From the human T2T-CHM13v2.0 reference genome, Homo sapiens, in contig CP086569.2 in assembly GCA_009914755.4 (NCBI GenBank), positions 2,784,001-2,848,000 of the forward strand: 64,000 nucleotides of DNA, in the 5' to 3' direction. The first letter of the stretch is position 1. Each line of letters opens with the position of its first letter. This document shows positions 50,201-63,589 of the stretch, one piece after another. The position numbers and the translations under genes are program-made. The notes beneath the pieces were generated by a model. The model was not told the DNA's origin, did no database searches, and saw nothing but the letters and a program-made list of their open reading frames with translations.

Positions 50201-52077
50201 TGATTAGGCAGGCACATATATTCAAACTACATTATCTACCTAGTATTTCTAAGACCCCAAATTAGAATAAGAAGTTTTTAGTTTTAATTCATCTCACAGA
50301 GCACTTTGTCTCATTAATTCTACAGATCTAAGGAAAGACATAGAATTTCATATTTCAAATAATAGGTATCTTTCAGTCAGGATGGTTTTTCTTAAAGGAG
50401 TAAACATTCCTGCCCTTTGAAAAACAGCAAGACTCCCTTTATCTTCCTGTGACATTGCTTTCGATGGCTTGAAAATCTCTGTGGCATAAAAGTGGAAATG
50501 TGTTGTAGATAATGATCCATGAAAAGTGGATTCACTTATTCTTAGTATGCTGCCATATTTTAAAATGTCACATATTTCAAAGTAGTTATTAAAATTTGTC
50601 ATTATCTTTGTAAAAATATACTTAGCCCACTAACACTTGTTTCTCTCTATTACTTCAGGAACAACTTGTGCATTCATAGAAATATAAAATAGTAATCTTA
50701 CATAATGAGATTTATCTCATTCTGACTTGGCCATTGGGAGCTTTGTGCTATTTCCAGTTTTACTTTCTTATGTAATGAGTCGTCAACATTCCTGGAATAC
50801 TTTAATTGTTATTGTTCTGGGTAGGAGGAGAAAATGTTCTAGGAGTGTTTTCATGATTAAAAGAAGTATTTTACATTCATTGAAATTATTTAACACTTTA
50901 ATTTTATGAAATTTTAATATATTTCTTTGCAGGACTTGATACATCAGCAATGTGAATGATCATATAAAATTAAGAGGGTTTGGAAGGCCCAACTGTTTAA
51001 AATTGTTTATGCATCTCTCCATCACCACCACCACTCACAGAAATAACTTCATTAGGTAGTGAAGGCCTTTTGCCTTTTCTCATTTCTAATATATATGTAA
51101 ATATCATTCAGAAGAATCTCAAATACTGCCTATTATTATCTAATAACCTAGCAAGTCTCCTGCTCAATCATGAAGTAATCACTTGAGGAAGTGTTGTGTA
51201 ACCAATATGATAAATAATATGATGCATATATAATAGGAACTAATATCTGAGGACTAAATTGACTAAAATGACTTCAGTTTTGAACAGAAATCCAACAGAA
51301 TACTTTGGCTTGCAATAGACCCATAAAAGGATTTATGATTCTGTACTCGTGATAATTTTAAATTTGGTTTAAACGTTACATATTTTTTACTAATACAAAT
51401 AACACAGATTTACAGCACACAATTTGTTAAATATGGCACTATGCAGAAATATCTATATTTTGCTTTATTTCTACTCTAGTCTGAATATGTCCTCCATAAT
51501 TCATATGTTGAAACTTAATCAACAATGTGGTAGTATTAATAGGTGGGTGCTTAAGTTACAAGGTGATTAAGTCACGTGGGTGGAGCCTTCATGCATGGGA
51601 TTGGGGCCCTTACAAAAGGTTTTCAGAGAGTAGATTCTTTTTCCTTTCGCTCTTCCACCTTCTTCCCTTTGGGGACACAGCAAGAAGGTTCTCACAAGAC
51701 GTCAAATAACAGCTCCTTAATACTGGACTTCCCAGTCTCCAGAACTGAAAGAAATGAAGTTCTGTTATTTATAAATTCCTGAGTCTCAGGTATTTTGTTA
51801 TAGAACACAAATGTACTAAGATAGTTCCCTTTTACAAGTAACATACTTCTGTATCTATACACATACAGGTATCCATCACAATCTCAATTCACATTATGTG
51901 AATTTAAGAACTGAAAAGATTTGTAGCATTCCTATATCCATGTTTATCTTTGAAAATCAACATCAGTTTACTAATTGAGGTCTGAAAGACATATACTTTC
52001 TGTTTATTTTATTTAAATGAACTTAATTATACACTAAATTTCCTATTTTTGTAGACCAATAGAAAATTAAACCTCAG

Positions 52078-52370
52078 GGCTGGGCATGATGGCTCACACC
52101 TGTTATCCCAGCACTCTGGGAGGCCAAGGTGAGAAGATCTTTTGAGGTCAGGAGTTTGAGACTAGACTGAAAAATATAACAAAACCCTGTCTCTAAAAAT
52201 AAAAATGTCAAAAGTTAGCTAGGTGTGGTGGCACAAACCCGTAGTCTGAATTATTCAGGTGCCTGAGGCAGGAGAATTGCTTTGGTTTAGAAGTTTGAGG
52301 TTGCAGTGAGCTATGATTCGGCCACTTCAATCCAGCCTGGATGACAGAGCAAGACTATGACTTTAAAAAA
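52078..52370 (+). mobile_element. Alu (older, AluJ-like), plus orientation, A-rich tail
   Basis: ggctgggcatgatggctcacacctgttatcccagcactctgggaggccaaggtgagaagatcttttgaggtcaggagtttgagac...ggttgcagtgagctatgattcggccacttcaatccagcctggatgacagagcaagactatgactttaaaaaa. Confidence 0.9.
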
Positions 52371-53737
52371 CAAGAGAGGGAAAAATAAAAATAAAAATAT
52401 ATCTCATTCTTTCCTGAGGATATCTTACCAAGGTTGTATGTCTCTGCACAATCCGCACATAGAGTTTTATGTTTTTGTAGTCATATCAAACAATCTTATA
52501 TTTTATTAGTTTTATTTTTAGTGTTTTGCATAAAAATAACCACTCCCAAAAAGATAATATGCATTTGTATTTGATGCAGGTCATATATAAAACATATCAT
52601 TATATTAAATAATTATACTTCGTTCTATAATAGTTCTGGACACTCTGTTTTGTTTAATCTTTCTATATATCCTTGATCATCTTGTTTAATGGTACATTTT
52701 CAGAACTCTTGACACAACCATCATTAAATACGTTTCTATATAAACATTTTCTTTGTTGTTATTCTATTTATGGTTTCCAGAAAACTTGGGAATTATATTT
52801 GCAAGTTTTTAAATAAAATTACTCAATTTGAAGTATATTATAATAATTGTATTTAGGCAAGAATTGACATCATAATATGCAGTTTTCACTCAGGAACTTA
52901 GAAGGACTCTCAATTTTATTTTTATAGTACTTACATATTTATAGTTAATTATATTATAAAATGTTCACATTTGCAATAAAATGTCAATGATATTTTTATA
53001 ATTACACTCTCTAAAGAATTTATTTTATATACAGAATTGTATTTTTTGTATTTATGCATAACTTTCTAATTAGACTCATACTTCAAATAGATTTTGTCAT
53101 CTCTCATATTATAAATATAACAATTAATCATCTCATGTTATTTTTGTCCACTTGGTTGATGTTGTTTGTGGGTTTCTGCTAGTGGTGTGGGGGATATTTC
53201 CCATAATCCAGAATGATATTTCTTTGGCCCAGCTTCAAACATGCAGGAAAATGAACGACAAAATAGAAAGAATCAGGTTCTCTAAATTAATGCATAAACA
53301 AAGTGCATAATCAATATGAACATTACACTTCCACATGTTTGGATGACACTGTAACATTTTCAAGTGGTTGTATTAGGGCACAAATTTTTATCCCTATAAA
53401 AATATAATTATCTCGAGCCACTTGATTATCCCCAGTGACATAAATTACATTCTATGAGCAATTATATTTTTAATAAATATTAAAATTAATTATCAATATA
53501 GTGATCTGCTTCCAGCAGGTATGCTAATTCCTAGAATATTCAAGTATGCCAATTTTCCTGAATCTACTTTAGCAAAGTAAATTTTCTGAGAAAATTGTAC
53601 ACAGATTTCCCAGTTTACATAACAATTTTATAATACTACTATTGTTAATAATCCTCTTGTTTACCTATAGTTTACTGTTTTCATCCCTGATATTGTAAAT
53701 TGTTTCTTCATATAAAATTGACAAGATATTTAGCTGT

Positions 53738-56021
53738 TGTATTAGTCCATTCTCACGCTGCTATAAAGAACTGCCTGAGACTGGGTAATTTATAAAGAAA
53801 GGGTGTTTAATTGATTCACAGTTCCAGAAGGCTGGGGAAGCCTCAGGTAACTTACAATCATGTTAGAAGGGGAAGCAAACACATCCTTCTTCACGTGGCA
53901 ACAGGAAAAAGAAGTGCTGAGCAAAAGAAGAAAAACCCTTCATAAAACCATTGGATCTTGTGAGAAGTCACTCAGTATCACAAGAACAGCATGGAGGTAA
54001 GTGCCCCCATGATTCAATTATCTGCCACTGACATGTGAAGATTATGAGAACTACAATTCAAGATGAGATTTGAGTGGGGACACCATCAAACCATATCATT
54101 CTGTCCTTGGCTCCTTCCAAGTCTTATGTCTTCACATTTCAAAACACAATCATGCCTTTCCAATAGTCCACTAACCCGAATGTCCAAGTCCAAAGTCTCA
54201 CATGAGACAAAACAATTTACTTCTGCCTTTGAGCCTGTAAAATCAAAAGCATGTTAGTTGCTTCCTAGATAAAATAGGAATACAGGAATTGGGTAAATAT
54301 ACCCATTACAAATGGGAGAAAGTGGCCAAAGTGAAGGGTCCACAGGCCCCAATGCAAGTCCAAAATCCAGTGGGACAGGCAAATCTTAAAACTCCAAAAT
54401 GATCTTCTTTGACTCAATGTCTCACATCCAGGTCACACTAAGGCAAGAGGTTGGCTCCCACAGCCTTGGGCAGCTCTGCCCCTGTGGCTTTGCAGGGCAC
54501 ATCTCCCCTCCCAGCTGCTTTCACAAGCTGGCATTGAGTGTCTTTGGCTTTTCCAGGCACACAGTGCAAGCTGTCGGTGGATCTACCATTCTGCAATCTA
54601 GAGGATGATGGCCATCTTCTCCAGTAGGTAGTGTCCCAGTGAGGACTCTATGTCGGGGCTCCAACCCCTACATTTTTCTTCCACACTGCCCTAGCAGAGG
54701 TTCTCCATGAGGGCTCTGCTCCTCAAGTAAACTTCTGCCTAGATATCCAGGCATTTCCATACATCCTCTGAAATCTAGGTGGGGGTTCCCAAACCTTAAT
54801 TCTTGTCTTCTGTACACTCACAGGCCCAACACCAAGTGTAAGCCACCAAGGCTTGAGGCTTGCACCATCTGAAACAACAGCCTGAGCTGTACCTTGGCCC
54901 CTTGTAGCCACGGCTGAGATGCAGGGCACCAAGTCCCAAAGCTTCACAAAGCAGCAAGGCCCTGGACCCAGCCCATGAAACCATTCTTTCCTTCTAGGCC
55001 TCCAGGCCTGTGATTGGAGGGGCTGCCATGAAGGTCTCTTACATGCCTCAGAAACATTTTCCCCATTGTCTTGGCAATTAGCATTTGGCTCCTCATTACA
55101 TAAGCAAATTTTTGCAGCCAGATTGAATTTCTCCTCAGAAATAGGGTTTTCTTTTCTATTGCATTGTCAGGCTGCAAATTGTCCGAACTTTTATGCTCTA
55201 CTTTCTCTTGAATGCTTTGCTGCTTATAAGTTTCTTCCACAAGATACCCTAAGCCATCTTTCTCAAAGTCAAAATTCCATAGAACTGTAAGGCAGGGGCC
55301 AAATGCCACCAGTCTCTTTACATAGCAGGAATGACCTTTACTCCAGTTCCCAACAAGTTTCTCATCTCCATCTGAGACCACCTCAGACTGGACTTTATTG
55401 TCCATATCAGTATAATCATTTGGTCAAAGCCACTCAACAAGTCTACAGGAATTTCCAAACTTTCCCACATCTTTCTGTCTTCTAAGTCCTCCAAGTGTCT
55501 AGGAACTTCCAAACTTTCCCACATTTTTCTGTCTTCTTCTAAGGTAACAAAACTATTCCAACCTCTGCCTGTTACCCAGTTTCGAAATCTCTTCCAAATT
55601 TTCAGGTATTTTTATAGCAGCACTCCACTCTCTGTGGTACCAATTTACTGTATTAGGCTGTTCTCCCACTGCCATAAAAAAAATGTCTGAGACTGGGTAA
55701 TTTATAAAGGAAAGAGGTTTAATTGACTCACAGTTTCAGGGCTGGAGAGGCCTCAGGAAACTTACAATCATGGCAGAAGGGGAAGCAAATGCATCCTTCT
55801 TCACATGGAGGCAGGAAGGAGAAATACTGAGCAAAAGTGGAAAAGCCCCTTATAAAACCATCAGATCTCATGTGAACTCACTCACTATCACAAGAACAGT
55901 GTGAAGGTAACCACCCTCATGATTCAATTACCTTCCCCTAGGTCACTCCTATGCCAGTTGGGGATTATGGGAACTACAATTCAAGATGAGATTTGGGTGG
56001 GGACACAGCCAAACCATATCA
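53738..56021 (-). mobile_element. Complete ERVL-MaLR element, THE1/MST-type: LTR (53738-54098), internal (54099-55648), LTR (55649-56021)
   Basis: LTRs: tgtattagtccattctcacgctgctataaagaactgcctgagactgggtaatttataaagaaag...cttacaatcatg.tagaaggggaagcaaacacatccttcttcac...gaactacaattcaagatgagatttgagtggggacaccatcaaaccatatca, and tgtattaggctgttctcccactgccataaaaaaaatgtctgagactgggtaatttataaagg...gggaactacaattcaagatgagatttgggtggggacacagccaaaccatatca. Minus-strand ORF 54944-55405 (153 aa) is homologous to the 39231-39821 ORF. Confidence 0.85.
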
Positions 56022-57726
56022 GCTGTGTATTTGATTTTTTTCATAATATACTTTGGATTATTATAATCTGCAGTTTGGCTTCTACTGTTATCTATTTTCT
56101 TATTTTGTTAGATATACTAATCATTTCTTACATTACCTTTTACTGTATTTTACTGTTATAATCTGAGCTCTTGAATTTAATATTTTATTTAGTTTCATAC
56201 TTTGTTGACATAATGAAAAGATGTAAATCTGTGAATTTCCTTATGGGCAAAATTTTGATTTTGTCTTATATATTTTGATATTCACTGTTATGACTATTTT
56301 TTAAAGCAATACATTTAAGCAAGTAATTTTGGAGATTGTTTTCAAATTTGTTGCTTATTTATTTAGTTTTGTTATTAGTTTCAAGATGTATTGTATTGTG
56401 TTCATTAAGTGTCCTTCATAACCTTTCTGTATTATTGTATTTTACTATAAGCTTGGTAAAAAGTAACTATTAGTATATACCCTTTAAGTATATATATAAA
56501 ATTTATGGTTTGTGGGTAGGCTGTTTGACTTTAATCTATATCATATACTATTCTAAGATCACCTCTGAAATATTATTTTTATAATTTTTCTGTAAAAAAA
56601 GTAATCTGAAATTTACATTTTTATATAATTATAATTAGGCATTCAAATTTATAATTGTAACATAGATTATATCTAGGTTTGCTATCAACATTTTTGAAAT
56701 AAATCAACCTTCATCTAATAAATTTAAATTCTAATATTTTAATATATTTATTATATATTGTAATTTTTGTAAGCTATCCAATGATCCGCACATGTATTTA
56801 TCTATCCATTTCAGCAAAAAAAAGAGAGAAGACACAAGTAGCATTGGCATCTTTTATTGATCGAAGTCAATACTTCATAAAATCAATGAGTACCATTCAT
56901 TAGTGTGTCTATGCATATCTGCAATTATGTCTTTGTGTAGATGTTTGTTGCCTTATTTTATATTTTATTTGCTCAAAATATATAAGTGAATCATTTTTGC
57001 ACCTAGAAAACATCTTAAAAACATAGTTGAGCATTCATTGTGAAACCTATAAGAATTAGGAGTTGGGGCATTGTAAAGTAGAAATGGACAAAAGAAAAAA
57101 AGAACTAACAAGCTGTCTCAAATATGAAATTTTACAAAAGGTAGAGAAAGTGTTGCCTGGGCATTTCCTGATTGTATGGCTCTCATTTATGAACTTCTTG
57201 ATGCTTAGTGTGCACTTCACAATTTAGAATTTGGTTACATTTGAGCCATGCTTGCATGTATTTTTATGAACTCTCCAGACATTGCATCTTGTGGAGTGGT
57301 ATTTTTGCCAACATATTAACTTCCAACATCCAGTGCTGTTGTAATTATTTGTAATTTAGGATTGGTATACAGAACGTTTACAATAAAGTTAACTATATAT
57401 TAAACTAATTATTAAATAATACATATTTCAAATGTAAAACACATAACACCTTAATGTGGAAGCTGAAATTTCTTCTTTTGTAATTTCCTATCTAAATGAA
57501 CATCACCCCATGTATGATTTTAATGGAATGAGTTACCCTCTGGATTCTCCTTTTCATTCCTACATTTGTTGGTGTTAAATTTAATCATTCTGTAAAAGTT
57601 AACATTATTTTTATATGTATGTTTGGACCCCTGGGTTATCATAAAATATGATATTCACATTTTATAACTTTTTGCAAATCAAACACATACTTTCATTCCT
57701 TTTATACAAGGTTATTTGCATTTTCT

Positions 57727-58027
57727 TTCTTCTTTTTTTTTGAGACAGGGCTTCACTCTTTTGCCTAGGCTGGACTATAGTGGCATGGTCTTGGCTCACT
57801 GCTACCTCCACCTCCCAGGCTCAAGCAATCCTCCCACCTCAGCCTAATAGGTAGCTGGGACAACAGGCATGAACAACCAACCACTCCTGGATAATTTTTG
57901 TAGTTTTTTTGTAGAGACAAGGTTTTACTATATTGTTAAAGCTGGCCGTGGACTCCTGGACTCAAGCAATTAACCTGCCTTGGCCTCTCAAAGCACTGGG
58001 ATTACAGACATGAGCCACTGTGCCCAG
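57727..58027 (-). mobile_element. Alu (AluJ-like), minus orientation
   Basis: T-run then gagacagggcttcactcttttgcctaggctggactatagtggcatggtcttggctcactgc...cctctcaaagcactgggattacagacatgagccactgtgcccag. Confidence 0.9.
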
Positions 58028-58045
58028 AAGTTTATTTCCATTTTC

Positions 58046-58339
58046 CTTTTTTTGAAATGGAGTTTTGCACTTGTTGCCCAGGCTGGAGTGCAATGGCACA
58101 ATCTCAGCTCACTGAAACCTCCGCCTTCTAGGTTCAAGCGTTTCTTCTGCCTCAGCCTCCTGAGTAGCTGGGATTACAGGCATGTGCCACCACGCCTGAC
58201 TAATTTTGTATTTTTTTTTAGTACAGATGGGGTTTCTCCATGTTGGTCAGGCTGGTCTCAACCTCCGAACCTCAGGTGATCTTCCTACCTTGGCCTCCCA
58301 AAGTTCTGGGATTACAGGCGTGAGACACCGCCTCCAGCC
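58046..58339 (-). mobile_element. Alu, minus orientation, 19 bp downstream of the previous Alu
   Basis: ttttttttgaaatggagttttgcacttgttgcccaggctggagtgcaatggcacaatctcagctcactg...cctcccaaagttctgggattacaggcgtgagacaccgcctccagcc. Confidence 0.9.
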
Positions 58340-58550
58340 TTATGTGCATTTTCCTTGTGTATTCTGTCATAGTGGTAAATCTCCTCAAGTTCCTAAAAGT
58401 TTTCCTCCCTGTTGCAGAGCAGCAATTTTTGGTCTTCATTGATATATATATTTTTTCTAAAATAGTTTCTTGAGTATTGTTGTCTTGCATCTCTGCTGGT
58501 GATCCTCTCTGGCTAATTTGTCCTCTAATTTATTAGAATAAGCTAAAATA

Positions 58551-60464
58551 TAGTCATATTTAACTCAAAAGTGCAAAGTCCAAAGTCTCATCTGAGATAA
58601 GGCAAGTCTCTTCCACCTGTGAGCATATAAAATAAAAAATAACTTAGTCACTTCTAAGATACAATGTTAGTACAGACATTGGGTAAACATTCCCATTTCA
58701 GAAGGGAGAAATCAGACAAAAAGAGGGACTACAGGCCCCATGCATGTCCAAAGCCCAGCAGGACAGTCATTAAATCTTCAAGCTCCAAAAGAATCTCCTT
58801 TGACTCCATGTCCCATATCCAGGGCAACTCGGTGCAAGGGGTGGGCTCCCAAAGGCTTGGGGAGCTCTGCCCCCGTCACTTTGCAGGGCTCAGCCCACAT
58901 AGCTGCTCTCATAGGCTGGCGTTGAGTGCCTGTGGCTTTTCCAGACACACAGTGAAAGCTGCTGGTAGATCTATCATTCTGGGGTCTGGAGGATGGAGGC
59001 CTTCCTCTTGCACTTCCACTAGGCAGTGCCCCAGTGAAGACTCTGTGTGGGGGCTCCAACCTCACATTTTTCCTCTGCACTGCCCTAGTAGAGGTTCTCC
59101 ATTAGGACCCTGCCCCTGCAGCAGGCTTCCTCCTAGACATCCAGGCTTTTCTATATATCATCTGAAATCTAGGCAGAGGCTCCTAAGTCTCACCTCCTGC
59201 ATTTGGTGCACCCACAGGCTTAACACCACCTGAAAGCTGCCAAGGCTTAGGGCTTGCACCCTCTGAAGCAGAAACCTGAGCTCTACTTGGGTGCGTTTTA
59301 CCTATAGCTGGAGCTGGAGGAGCTGCAATATAGTGAACAGTGGCCCAAGTATGTGCATTGCAGTGGGGCCCTGGGCCTGGTTCATGAAACCTTTCTTTCC
59401 TCTTAGACCTCTGGGCCTATGCTGGGAGGGGCTGCTGGGAAGGTCTCTGAAATGCCTTGAAGGCCTTCTCCCCATTGTCTTGGATATTAGCACTTGCCCT
59501 TTTTTTTGTTTTTAGTTATGCATATTTCTGCATGAATTTCTCCCCTGAAAATGGGCTTTTCTTTTCTACTACATGGCTAGGTTACAAATTTTCCAAATTT
59601 TTACACTCTGCTTCCCTTTTAAATATAAGTTCCAGTTTCAGAACATTTCTTTGCTCATGCATATGTGCATAGGGTGTTAGAAGTAGTCAGGTCACATCTT
59701 GCTTTGATGCTCAGAAATTTTTTCTGCCGTATACCCTAAATCATCTCTCTAAACTTCAAAGTTCCACAAATCCCTAGGGCAGGCACACAATTTAACCAAG
59801 CTCTTTTCTAAAGCATAACAAAAGTGAACTCTGCATTAGTTTACAATAAGTTCCTAATCTCCATCTTTGTCTTCCTCTGCCAGGCCTTCACCATTTTTAT
59901 CACTACCAGCATTTTGGCCTTGATCATTCAACCAGTCTCTAGGAAGTTCCACAATTTCCCCTATTTTCCTGTCTTCATCTGAGCCCTCCAAACTCTTCCA
60001 ACCTCTTCCCATTACCTAGTTTCAAAATTGCTTCCATATGTTCAGGTATGTCTTTAGAAATGCCTCACTCCTTGGTATCAGTTTTCTATAAGTCCATTCT
60101 TGTCCTGTTATAAAAAAAATCTGAACCCTGGTAATTTATAAAGAAAAGAGGTTTAGTTGGCTAAAGTTTCTGCAGGCTGTATAGGAAGCATGATGCTGGC
60201 ATTTGTTTGGCTTCTGGAGAGGCCTTTACAGTCATCACAGAAGGTGAAGGGCAAGCAAGTATGTCTTATGTGGCTGGAGCAGTAGCAAGGGAGAAGAGAG
60301 TGGAGAGGAACTATGCACTTTCAAATGACCAGATCTCATGAGAACAAAATCAAGGGAGAAATCTGCCTCCACGATTTAATTACCTTCCCCTAGGCACCAC
60401 CTCCAATATTTGGAAATACAATTCGACATGAGATTTGGGCAGGAACACAGATCCAAACCATATC
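58551..60464 (-). mobile_element. ERVL-MaLR element lacking its 3-prime LTR: internal region (58551-60082) plus 5-prime LTR (60083-60464)
   Basis: Internal region starts at taactcaaaagtgcaaagtccaaagtctcatctgagataaggcaagtctcttccacctgtgagcatataaaat, co-linear with 35070, 38600 and 54190. LTR: ttctataagtccattcttgtcctgttataaaaaaaatctgaaccctggtaatttataaagaaaagaggtttagttggct...atacaattcgacatgagatttgggcaggaacacagatccaaaccatatc. Confidence 0.75.
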
Positions 60465-62584
60465 TGTGTCACTTAGTGATTTCGGCAATTACTTGTTTTT
60501 TAATTAACCAGTTGAGTACCTTGGGACATAAATAAAATGGCATTGCTCTGAACTTGAATGCATATGCTATCTATCAAGAATCAGTATAAAATGACAAACA
60601 CAGATTTTTGCAACATATTTGGTATAGAGAGCAATGCATTCAAAGATTTATTTATTTCTCGTATCTAGGTAAGTTCTTGTTTCAAACTGTTTTTGTCAAG
60701 CATATAGCAATGGAATTTAGAGCTCAACCAATAAAAATTAATGGCAGTACCTTATATCTACTTTTTCTATAAAATACATCATAAGAAAATATGCAATTAT
60801 AGGACAGTTTATAAGTTAGAAAATAAATATTTTGACTTAGCTCTTGAATAGATCCATAACTGTGGAGTAGCTTCCCACACATTAAATTTTGTTTTTTAAT
60901 CTCAGAACATGTTGATGGTGATAAATGTAAGTGTATTACTAAATAAAATGTGAAAATACTATGTCTCTTTTAAATTTTATGATGGTAAACTTAGAAGACT
61001 ATGATGAGATTTCTATCAATTTATTATTACCTTTTCTTTAGAAAGTTGACTCTTACACCTGAAGACAACAACAACTTCTTGGTTTATGGCAAAATATCTT
61101 CTTAGCTTAGTATGAACTCAATTAATTTGTAGGAAGCTATCCTGCTGTGAAGTTATCAAAGGTGTTGGAACTAAGATTAGCATAAACTTCAAATTCAATT
61201 TAGATATTGATACATTAAATATTCATTATTACTGGATATATTTTATATAATCATCAATTAGGCATTTGCAAGAGCATAAGAGAAGTAATACTTTTACAAA
61301 TAAATTTAAGTGGCAAAAACTAACATAATAAAGCATTAACAAAAAGATCTTTCAAAGGATATTGGTTTCATTATACTACATCTTAATCTTACTTGAATAA
61401 AGGCATATAGCTATATAATATTTTGTATTGCTTTTTTTTTTTTGCTTTTCTCTTAGATTATGTGGGTTAATACAATAAAATTAAAAGTGAAAAAAAAACA
61501 TTTTTAACCTATCTGGTTTCGGCAAAGTGATGATAATATTGTTGATTTTTAAATCTCTAAAGTCCTCACAAACAATCTGAGCAAGTAATGTAACAAACAA
61601 ACCAAAACCAAAAAACAAATACATAAAAGCAACTTTGCATATCACCTTTAATAACACTGGTAAAATACCAGGAATTCTGGAATATGAGTTAATCAACTAC
61701 TAATGACTGCAATAAAAGTACAAGGATCAGTAGGTGGGCAGAAGCCAGTGGAGAGAGGGAAAAAATAATTCTGGGGATCTTAAGGGTCTTGAATATCATT
61801 ATTGACAACAAGTCCTCAGCTTCAAAAGAAAAGAACTACAATGATGGTTTAACACTCAGCCAGCAGATCTGAGTACAAATGTTAAATCTGTCATACACAA
61901 TTTAAAATATGTAAAAATTTAAATACTGACTACAGTATTACAAAAGGAGAGAGGTGATTAGGTATATTAAAGGAATTCTAAGGTCCTTTTGCTGTTTGGA
62001 AATTGGTAAATACATTAATATATTTTTATGGTATTAATAACAATAATTATTGTAATTACTAGGATAACTACCAGAAGAATAGTAAAAAGAATATAAGATT
62101 GGAAAGCTGATACAAAGAAAATGTGGAAAATAAAACAGTTGAAATTAATAAAACAAAGGAGGGGGAAAAGAGAATATAACACATGTAGGACAAATAGGAA
62201 ATGAGTAGTAAGATGGTAGATGTAACGCCAAGTATATCAGTAGTTATGATACATAATAAATTGTCTAACAAATTCAATTAAAGGCAAATAATAGCATGTT
62301 ATATTTTTTTAAATATCCAACTATATGCTGCACACAACAGGCTCACTTTAAATATGGAGAAACAAATTTTGAAAGCAAAAGAACAAAAAATCATACTATG
62401 AAATTATTACTATAGTAATTTTAGTAAAAGTACACTTTATAGAAGCAACATTACTAGAGAAAGAGAAAGATTTTGTCATGGAAGAAGGGTTAGACCCCAA
62501 GAAGGTATTTATATATACCACATAATATAGCCGCAAAATGTACAAAGCAAGATTGGACAAATGTACACTCATTGCATGAGGTTT

Positions 62585-63550
62585 AATTTCATTTTAACAG
62601 TTTTATTGAGCTTCATTTTAGAAATTATAAAATTCATTAGTTTTAAATATGTATTTGAAAGATTTTAGCCGCTTTACTGAGTCATAAAACCACCATCATA
62701 AATCTGTTTAGAACATTTTTATCCACTGAATAAGATTTCTCTTGTTCATTTTCAATTAATCCCTATTCCTATCCCCACACACAGGCAAACACTAATCTGT
62801 TTTTGTAAATGTCTTTCCTAGATATTTCATATAAATGGAATCTTACAACATGTGAGCTCTCGAATCTGGCTTCTCTTGCTCGGTGTAATGTTTTTAAAAT
62901 TATTCCATGATGTAGCATGCATCAATATTTGTTCTGTTTTTACTGCTGAACAGCATTCAATTGTGTGACTATAAGTCATTTGGCTGTCTGCTCAATGGTT
63001 GATGAGCATTTGAGTTGTTTCTAGTTTTGAAAAATTATGAATTAATGCTGCTATGGACATGCATATACAAGTATTTGTGTAAATATATGTCTTTATTTTT
63101 CTAGATAGGAAAATAATTGCTGAGTATTATGGTAGTTTTATGTTTAATTTCTTAAGAAGTAAAATAGTTTGCAGAGTGGCTGTAACATTTACAGTCCTGT
63201 CAATAATATATGAAGACCTTCTTCTCCACACTCTCACCAGTATGCATTATGTCCTGTTACTGATTAAAGCCATTGTAATGAATGTGAAATAATATCTCAT
63301 TTGGGTTTTAATCCGTATTGCCAAATGAATTGTGATATAGATATTTTTAATGTGTTTATTAGCCATTTGTGCATCAACTTTGGTAAACTGTCTATTTGAA
63401 TCTTTTGCCCATTTTTTGATTAGGTTGTTCGTTTCTTAATATTCAGTTGTAAACATTTCTTGTAAATTATGAATAAAAGTCTTTAAGTAGTGTTTCATAA
63501 ACATTCTTCCCAGGACTTTTTTGTACCTTTTTTTCTTTTTTTGGGGGGGA
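62585..63550 (-). mobile_element. L1M-type (old LINE-1) ORF2 C-terminal/3-prime region in antisense orientation
   Basis: ttttaacagttttattgagcttcattttag...agatatttcatataaatggaatcttacaacatgtgagc...ttccatgatgtagcatgcatcaatatttgttctgtttttactgctgaacagcattcaattgtg...tttgagttgtttctagttttgaaaaattatgaattaatgctgctatggacatgcatatacaagtatttgtg...ttgcccattttttgattaggttgttcgtttc is co-linear with the antisense L1M consensus (tttattgagatataattcaca...acatttcatataaatggaatcatacaatatgtg...catccatgttgtagcatgtatcag...gggttgtttccactttttggctattatgaataatgctgctatgaacatt...ttgcccattttttaattgggttgtttgtc). Confidence 0.6.
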
Positions 63551-63589
63551 GGGGGAGATTACTATTTTTAAAATTTAATTACTAAAATC

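Noticed and set aside
58664-59233. 189 aa plus-strand ORF as a gene
   Set aside because: It lies inside the internal region of MaLR element D on the antisense strand. Homologous stretches occur in all four MaLR copies (35199-35555, 38841-39026, 54399-54608), reflecting repeat homology rather than a host gene.
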